A stretch of DNA of 60,165 bases from a virus (Duplodnaviria; Caudoviricetes), in IMG/VR virus record IMGVR_UViG_3300043399_000886, positions 1 to 60,165 of that record; one strand, given 5' to 3'. A model generated the notes under the pieces. The model searched no databases, had not been told where the DNA came from, and was given only the letters and a program-made list of their open reading frames with translations. This document shows positions 54,553 to 60,165 of this stretch, one piece after another; within the stretch, counting starts at the first letter, position 1; every line of letters begins with the position of its first letter. A program made the translations under genes and the position numbers.

Positions 54553-54758
54553 CAGTCCAGGTCTTTCTGCGCGGTGATGCGCGCGACGAACGCCCCACCC
54601 ACAGCGAGCCCCGTGAGCACAGCGAACGTGCCGCGCGGCATCTCGTCAGCGAACAGCGGCAGGACCACCTCTGCGGCAGTGAGCACGAATGCCAAAGCCA
54701 GCAGACGCACGCTCCAGGCGCGCTTCAGGATGGCCCTCCAGCGGGGGTCGAGCTTCAC
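54552..54758 (-). CDS. holin (two TM)
   Basis: VKLDPRWRAILKRAWSVRL...ARITAQ; GTGA coupling; precedes endolysin. Confidence 0.75.
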   Translation of the reverse strand: MKLDPRWRAILKRAWSVRLLALAFVLTAAEVVLPLFADEMPRGTFAVLTGLAVGGAFVARITAQKDLD

Positions 54759-55072
54759 GATCCGAGCCCAATCTGCTTGACCAAGGCCATCCCCATGAGG
54801 CCAAGGAGGCCCCAAATGCCTCTGTCGATCCAGATGTGCAGGCGCCGGTTCGACGGGGCCAGCTGCTCGAGCGAGCTGATGCGCGCCTCGAGCTTGTCCA
54901 TCGTGATGAACGCCCGCTCCAACGCCGCGGCCGCCTGAGACTGACGTTCCTCGATCAGGGCCAGCCGCGTGATGGCAGCAGCAAGCTCGCGAAGAACCGT
55001 CTCGATCTCGCGCACGTCAGAGTGCAGCGTCTCGAGCTTGTGCGCAAGCACCTCCATGTGGTGTTCCGTCAT
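54755..55072 (-). CDS. coiled-coil protein with C-terminal TM (lysis-associated)
   Basis: AITRLALIEERQ...RISSLE...TM helix; GAGG RBS. Confidence 0.7.
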   Translation of the reverse strand: MTEHHMEVLAHKLETLHSDVREIETVLRELAAAITRLALIEERQSQAAAALERAFITMDKLEARISSLEQLAPSNRRLHIWIDRGIWGLLGLMGMALVKQIGLGS

Positions 55073-55101
55073 GATCACCTCGCGGCTACCAGGTCGGGCC
55101 A

Positions 55102-55422
55102 TCAGGCCCAGGTCGGGAAGTCGACGTCGCCGGCGATATTGACCGTCACGACGTACTGCACCTGCGTGCCGGTGAGGGCGCGCTGGATGTTGAAGGTGGT
55201 CGGCTTGTCGCCGGACGCGAGCGCGTTGTGGGTCACGAACACGCGGTCCAGGACGGCGACAAGGAAGTCGCGGATGTCGTCTGCGTAGTTCGCGGTCTTG
55301 ATGATCGTGCCGGTGGCGGCGGTGACAGCGCCGTTGGCGATCGTGACCGTGCCGGTGCTGTACGAGGCGGCGGTGGAGCCGATCTTGATCCAGTTGGCGA
55401 CGCCGACTGCTGGAATGGCCAT
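55102..55422 (-). CDS. hypothetical virion-associated protein
   Basis: AAGGAG RBS; T/A/G-rich 106 aa. Confidence 0.7.
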   Translation of the reverse strand: MAIPAVGVANWIKIGSTAASYSTGTVTIANGAVTAATGTIIKTANYADDIRDFLVAVLDRVFVTHNALASGDKPTTFNIQRALTGTQVQYVVTVNIAGDVDFPTWA

Positions 55423-55462
55423 GGTGTTCTCCTTTGCTTGGGGTGCTCAGTAATGAGGCCGG

Positions 55463-56011
55463 TCATTCCGGCCAGACGATGGGCGGGAGCGTTGCGATGA
55501 GCTCCTCGACCGATGAAGGTGGCGTTGCCGTGCCATCGATGACATTTTGCAGCAGCGTGTAGGCCTGGACGTTGCACTGGTCCATCCAGGCCGCAAAGAC
55601 GATGGCCTCGGCTTGGTACGGGCCTTCGTAGCCCGCACGCAGCGCCAGGCTGTGGCGGTCGCGGAAGCGGCGCTGCTGAGCGACGGAGTCGAGGTAGGCG
55701 TCAAGGCCTGCCTCGAACTCGGCAATGCGCTGCTGCATCGCTGCGGCCTGCTCCTCGGGCGTTTTTGCGCGAACGGTCCAGGTCTGCGTCCAGGCGCCGT
55801 CGACCAGCTCAGGAGCACCCCACTCCGCCTCCTGCGTCATCGGGTCAAGCGGCGGCGGCGACGTCGACGTCACAGGGAACACGCCCCACTCAGCAAGCGA
55901 CTGCTCGGATGGGAACGCCGGGAAGCTCGTCTCCGGATGGTCGATCCGCAGATCTGTGATCGAGTACGGGTAGCGCTCGATGACGCCGTCTCGGACGAGC
56001 GCGTAGGTCAT
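55463..56011 (-). CDS. tail fibre assembly chaperone-like protein
   Basis: YPYS..DLR...P.TSFP...WTQTW...YLDSVAQ.R...ELIATLPPIVWP. Confidence 0.75.
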   Translation of the reverse strand: MTYALVRDGVIERYPYSITDLRIDHPETSFPAFPSEQSLAEWGVFPVTSTSPPPLDPMTQEAEWGAPELVDGAWTQTWTVRAKTPEEQAAAMQQRIAEFEAGLDAYLDSVAQQRRFRDRHSLALRAGYEGPYQAEAIVFAAWMDQCNVQAYTLLQNVIDGTATPPSSVEELIATLPPIVWPE

Positions 56012-56250
56012 TGCAGCTCACTCAGCTGTCGCTGGATAGCGTTCAAGATGAGTCGCGACTTCCGCTGCTCATGGACGTTCTCCTTGAGAAGCTGACGAAG
56101 CTGATCGGCAAACTCCTCCAGGCCATCGCCCGCTCGACCAGACTCGATCTCCTCGATCGCATACTTGAAGTTGTTGATGTTGACCTGGTACATGTCAATC
56201 TCATCGATGCGCATCTGCAGTGCAGATTGGAGTGTGTCTTTGATGGCCAT
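56008..56250 (-). CDS. small coiled-coil protein
   Basis: R.DEI..YQVNI.NF..AI; ATGA coupling. Confidence 0.7.
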   Translation of the reverse strand: MAIKDTLQSALQMRIDEIDMYQVNINNFKYAIEEIESGRAGDGLEEFADQLRQLLKENVHEQRKSRLILNAIQRQLSELQ

Positions 56251-56256
56251 GTGGTG

Positions 56257-57312
56257 TTACGCGTTGCTGAAGGTTGCTCGCCGCAGGTACGTTCCGCTCG
56301 CGACGAAGTTTGATGGGTCTGCGTACTTTGTCCCGAAGCCACCCGAGTATGTCCAGCGGTAGGCGGTCATATACGGCGAGTTGTCGTGCAAGACCAGAAG
56401 TGCGTCTCGCGTGCGCGAGAACGACACAGACATCGATGGACCAGCAGGAGCGGATGATGGCTGGCTGTACTTCGTACCAAACCCAGAAGAAGACCACTGC
56501 CAAGCATGAACGTAAGGGAACCCGCCATAACACGCAGTGGCAATCGCGTCACCGTTGTTTGTCCAATCGGCCCCGTAGACGGCGCCATACAGCTGGCCTG
56601 GTGGCGGAGTCGTCCCAACGGAGTACCGAGTCCCAAATCCGTTGTTCCATGCGTAGACATAGAAGCCCGGTGGGGAGCTTGTGGTTCCGACCAAAAGGAA
56701 CGCACCGTCTGGCGAGAACTTGCAGCACATGCCCGTGCTGCCAGGGTTCGACGCCGGGTTTGAAACCTTTGCTCCAAACCCATTGGACCAAGCGTAGACG
56801 CTGATGTACGGAGCGTTGGCGTGAGCTACAGCGATGTGATTGCCGCTCGGAGAAAATGCAACGTCATAGGGCATACCCGCAGGGACAACCGAAGGATTCG
56901 CATACCTCGTGCCAAAGCCTCCGCTAAATGGCCACGCAGCCACGTAAGGACTGGATGAAAATCCAACCGCAACAGCCCCGCCTGTCGGGTGCCATGCAAC
57001 ACAGTTCGCGGCAGAGGTGACGTTTGAACTTGGGTTGGCGTACTTCGTGCCAAATCCGCTGCTGGACCAAGGCCACACAATGATGTACGGACTCTGCGCG
57101 ACAGCGGCAGCGAGTGCGTTGTTCGATGGTGAGAACGCGACTTTCCCAACAATGTTTGCCGGCGTCGTAGATGGGTTTGCGTACCGAACACCAAAGCCAA
57201 TCGACCTGTCCCAGGGGTAGGCGACGACATACGGAGACGACGTGACGCCAGCCGCTACATACGAATCGGTTGTGAACGCGTACGTTGCGGCTCGCAGCTT
57301 GTCAGCAAGCAT
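56257..57312 (-). CDS. beta-propeller (WD40-like) putative receptor-binding protein
   Basis: MLADKLRAA start (TGATG coupling); about 7 repeats of VAFSP...SPY..AY.W..GFGT.YANP; lower GC. Confidence 0.75.
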   Translation of the reverse strand: MLADKLRAATYAFTTDSYVAAGVTSSPYVVAYPWDRSIGFGVRYANPSTTPANIVGKVAFSPSNNALAAAVAQSPYIIVWPWSSSGFGTKYANPSSNVTSAANCVAWHPTGGAVAVGFSSSPYVAAWPFSGGFGTRYANPSVVPAGMPYDVAFSPSGNHIAVAHANAPYISVYAWSNGFGAKVSNPASNPGSTGMCCKFSPDGAFLLVGTTSSPPGFYVYAWNNGFGTRYSVGTTPPPGQLYGAVYGADWTNNGDAIATACYGGFPYVHAWQWSSSGFGTKYSQPSSAPAGPSMSVSFSRTRDALLVLHDNSPYMTAYRWTYSGGFGTKYADPSNFVASGTYLRRATFSNA

Positions 57313-58661
57313 CACGCATCTCCCACGCGAGCACCGTAGATGACGGTGCCGACCTTCCACAACTGGATCGCGGTGTAGCCGGTAGTGTTGAGCGACGGGG
57401 CGGTGCCGACGCCCGTCTTCCAGGTGACCGCCAAGCTGGTCCATGTCACCGTGAAGGAGCTACCGTCGTCGATCATCAGCGTCATGCTTTGCCCGGCGGC
57501 CCATGTCCCAGCGGTAGGTGTGGAGTTGCCAGACAACGTCCACGTCTGGATCGAGCCGTTCGTCGGCGACAGAGCCGGCGTCGTGCCAGAGACGGCGAAC
57601 ACTTCCTCGGTGTAGCCGTCGTTGAGCGTTGGTCCTGACAGCGTCAGACCGGTGAACGACGTGTGCGAGTGGTTTGACAGCGACACCGCAGTGCCGCCCA
57701 CCGTCGGCGTGGAGCTCATCGAGATCGACGAGCCGTTGATGGTGGTCGTCGAGCCAGTGTTGCCAATCGTCGTCGCACCCGCGATGCCGACCTGCGTCGC
57801 GCCGTTGTCGGGATTGCCGATCAGGAAGTCGCGGAACGTCGTGGCGCTGAAGTCGTATGCGGACACCTTGACTCCGATCGCCGTCATCTGCAGCGACGCG
57901 TAGTCGTCGGTGTACTCGTTGTAGGTGACGTCGACGCTCAGGTCGAAGGTGTTGCCGACCGACAGCGCCACCCACGTCCCGTCGCCGCGCAGGTACGTGC
58001 TCGAGCTGGCCGTACCGGTGCCCAGGCGGGACGTGGCGAGCACACCAGAGGTGATGTCGCTGGCGGCGTGCGTGTGGGTGCTCGATGCCGCATCGGTGAT
58101 GCCGTAGCCAGACAACGTGGTCGGCTTGCTGGTGATCGAGCTCCAGGCGGGCGCGATGGTGACCGCAGTGCCGATGCTCGTGATGCGGCCCTTCGAGTCG
58201 ACCGTGAACGGCCTCACCGCGGTGGCCGAGTCGTTGTAGGTGCCCGCAGTGACGCCGGAGCCTGCGAGCGTGAGCGCCGTGCTGGACCCGGTTGAACCTG
58301 AGCCCGTGACGTCGCCCGTGAAGGTGAGCGAGCCCGACGGCACCGTGATGGAGGCCGTGGAGATCGCGGTGATGCGCCCGGCCGCATCCACCGTGACGAC
58401 GGGGATGAGGGAGGCAGACCCGTAGCTCCCAGCCGACGCGCCGCTGTTGGGCAGCTGTCCGACCAGGATGCGAGAAGAGGCGTCCAGCGAGGCAACGCCG
58501 TTGGCGGCACCTCGCGAGGACGCGAGAAGGTACTGCGAGTGGGGGTCAGAGGCCGCCGTGTGGCCGTCGATGGCGTCGCGCAGGGCAGTGAAGTTGGAGT
58601 CGACTTCGGTGTTGGTCAGGGGCGAACCCTTGCCTGCCCGTGTCGTGACCGTGGTTGCCAT
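57312..58661 (-). CDS. tail fibre-like protein
   Basis: TRAGKGSPLT..EVD.NF; GVASLD; VTVD..GRIT; KPTTLSGYGITDA; NGSIQTWTL. Confidence 0.8.
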   Translation of the reverse strand: MATTVTTRAGKGSPLTNTEVDSNFTALRDAIDGHTAASDPHSQYLLASSRGAANGVASLDASSRILVGQLPNSGASAGSYGSASLIPVVTVDAAGRITAISTASITVPSGSLTFTGDVTGSGSTGSSTALTLAGSGVTAGTYNDSATAVRPFTVDSKGRITSIGTAVTIAPAWSSITSKPTTLSGYGITDAASSTHTHAASDITSGVLATSRLGTGTASSSTYLRGDGTWVALSVGNTFDLSVDVTYNEYTDDYASLQMTAIGVKVSAYDFSATTFRDFLIGNPDNGATQVGIAGATTIGNTGSTTTINGSSISMSSTPTVGGTAVSLSNHSHTSFTGLTLSGPTLNDGYTEEVFAVSGTTPALSPTNGSIQTWTLSGNSTPTAGTWAAGQSMTLMIDDGSSFTVTWTSLAVTWKTGVGTAPSLNTTGYTAIQLWKVGTVIYGARVGDA

Positions 58662-58711
58662 GCGCTCAGCTCCGATTCGCGGTTGACGTCAGCCCCTGTC
58701 CCCCAGGGTCA

Positions 58712-59170
58712 TCAGACCGCGGCCAGAGTGATGGTCCAGGTGACCGTCATCGTGTCGTCGGCGCCCTTGTTGACGACCGGGAACACGGTGCGGCACAGCA
58801 TGTCGCCCGCCGTCGCGGCGTTGAAGATGCCCGCCTCGGTCACGGCGCCGGTGGCGTCGCCCGCCTCGAAGCCGCAGGTGTAGACCACCTTCTCGTTGTT
58901 GGTGCCGGCGACGGCCGAGCCATCCAGCGCCTCACGCGCGCCCAGGATCGACACGAGGTCGGTCTGGGTGGCGGCCGCGGCGGTCGTGCCCGAGCCCAGG
59001 GCCATATGGCTCATCACGGACTTGGCGGTGCCGATCATGCGGCTGGCGATGTAGGCCAGGCCAGCGTTCACGACGAGGTTCTTGATCTCGCGCGAGTCCT
59101 TGATGTTGCCGTCCTTGTCGCGCAGGACGATGTCCACTTGCCCGCGCAGGGCCAGGTTGTCTTTGATCAT
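58712..59170 (-). CDS. virion structural protein
   Basis: KNLVVNAG...MALGSG...TEAGIFNA..AGDMLCRTVF..VNK...VTWTIT. Confidence 0.75.
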   Translation of the reverse strand: MIKDNLALRGQVDIVLRDKDGNIKDSREIKNLVVNAGLAYIASRMIGTAKSVMSHMALGSGTTAAAATQTDLVSILGAREALDGSAVAGTNNEKVVYTCGFEAGDATGAVTEAGIFNAATAGDMLCRTVFPVVNKGADDTMTVTWTITLAAV

Positions 59171-59187
59171 GGTGGTTGCCTTTCGTG

Positions 59188-60165
59188 TCAGAAGGTTCTG
59201 GACGCCCCGACGAAGTCGCCCCCGAAGTAGAACGGATCAGAGCAGTAGCTCTGCGCCAGCAGCGACCCCGCGTCGGATGTCGAGGTCGTTTCCGCGGCGC
59301 CCTTGCCCGGCGCGAGCACCCGATTATCAGCGATGAATGCTGACTCTCCGCTCACCGCCTTGCCGAGCGCCTTGAAATTGTTGTCGGTCGTGGTGCTCGT
59401 GTGCGCGAGCGCGCGCACGAACGAGACGGCTCGTGCGAACGCATCGCTCGCCGAGCTGCTGTCACTGAACGATCGCGTGAAGCCTGCGGCCCGCGCAAAT
59501 GTGTCGGATGTGCCAAGCGAAAGCGCGATCGTGCCGCGGCTGATCGCGCGCGACACTGCATCGCTGACCCCGCTCGAATCAGCCACCGAGCGGGCGTAGG
59601 CCACCAGGCGCACGAACGCGTCGGTCACGTTGGTGGTGTCGGTCGCAGCGCGAGCGAACGACATCACCTTCGTGAGCGCATCGCTCACACCCGTGCTGTC
59701 GGCGACACTGCGCGCGAACGCGACGGTGCGGGCGAGCGCATCGGACACGCTTGAGGTGTCGGCCGCAGACCGCGCCCAGGCCATCACCTTGGCAAACGCG
59801 TCGCCGACCTTCGGCGCCTCGGTTTGGACCTTGCCGGCAGATCGCGTCGACTGATCGCCCACGTTGGCTGCGTCGGCCGGCTTGCGCACGAACGCCACGA
59901 CCTTGGCGAACGCGTCGCTGAGCGACGAACTGTCAGCCGCGGGCTTGCTCAGGCTCTTCGCCGGCGCGTCGGTGGCCTTGGCCGAGTCGGTGAGCGACCG
60001 GGCGTAGCCCATCACCACCTTGATCGCCTCGCTGACCACGCTCGCATCCGCCAGGGCGCGCACGTAGGCCGCCACGCGGCTGAACGCGTCGGTCGTCGAG
60101 GCGCCATCGCTAGGGGTCTTCGCGACCGCCTTCGAGGCGCTGTCGGTCGCCCGGCCGCTGTCTGC
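59188..60165 (-). CDS. repeat-rich virion protein (5'-truncated by window)
   Basis: Frame open to window end; 15/19-aa repeats D......DAF.R.VA(F/Y)AR; C-terminal Y...YF.GDFVG. Confidence 0.75.
   Translation of the reverse strand, partial: ADSGRATDSASKAVAKTPSDGASTTDAFSRVAAYVRALADASVVSEAIKVVMGYARSLTDSAKATDAPAKSLSKPAADSSSLSDAFAKVVAFVRKPADAANVGDQSTRSAGKVQTEAPKVGDAFAKVMAWARSAADTSSVSDALARTVAFARSVADSTGVSDALTKVMSFARAATDTTNVTDAFVRLVAYARSVADSSGVSDAVSRAISRGTIALSLGTSDTFARAAGFTRSFSDSSSASDAFARAVSFVRALAHTSTTTDNNFKALGKAVSGESAFIADNRVLAPGKGAAETTSTSDAGSLLAQSYCSDPFYFGGDFVGASRTF

Noticed and set aside
56257-58661. Diversity-generating retroelement target in tail genes
   Set aside because: No template/variable repeat pair differing at adenines was seen and no reverse transcriptase is in the window

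Overview
The window holds most of a high-GC temperate tailed phage genome. It appears podovirus-like with a lambdoid control and replication region; a Betaproteobacteria/Burkholderiales host is a guess from gene families only. The genome is in its non-integrated form, because an intact attP-like site (3' end of tRNA-Ser plus arm repeats) sits beside a P4-type tyrosine integrase with phage genes on both sides. Left to right: (1) a + strand cluster of small early/accessory genes, including a SAM lyase-like protein, an orphan HicA-like toxin and a Tat-lipoprotein esterase; (2) a 331-bp tandem duplication where two operons converge; (3) a - strand replication operon (initiator with iterons, DnaC-like loader, HU, VRR-NUC, Q-like, HslV-like, Ref-like); (4) a CI-like repressor followed by ~500 nt of highly structured, apparently non-coding cassette-like sequence; (5) a + strand recombination/nucleotide operon (RecT, YqaJ exonuclease, SSB, dNMP kinase, MazG-like, AlpA, RdgC); (6) integrase and attP; (7) a - strand virion module with a 5212-aa polyvalent ejection protein, other internal virion proteins, two GNATs, tail fibre/tail proteins and a lysis cassette. 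Terminase, portal and capsid genes are not in the window. The most notable signals are the structured RNA cassette array at 12.7-13.2 kb, a recurring linker that partitions the giant protein into effector modules, a probable overprinted gene inside it, two SAM lyase-like units, and a genome-wide CAAC-N5-GTTG operator network. All family assignments come from motif recognition by eye, not database searches.
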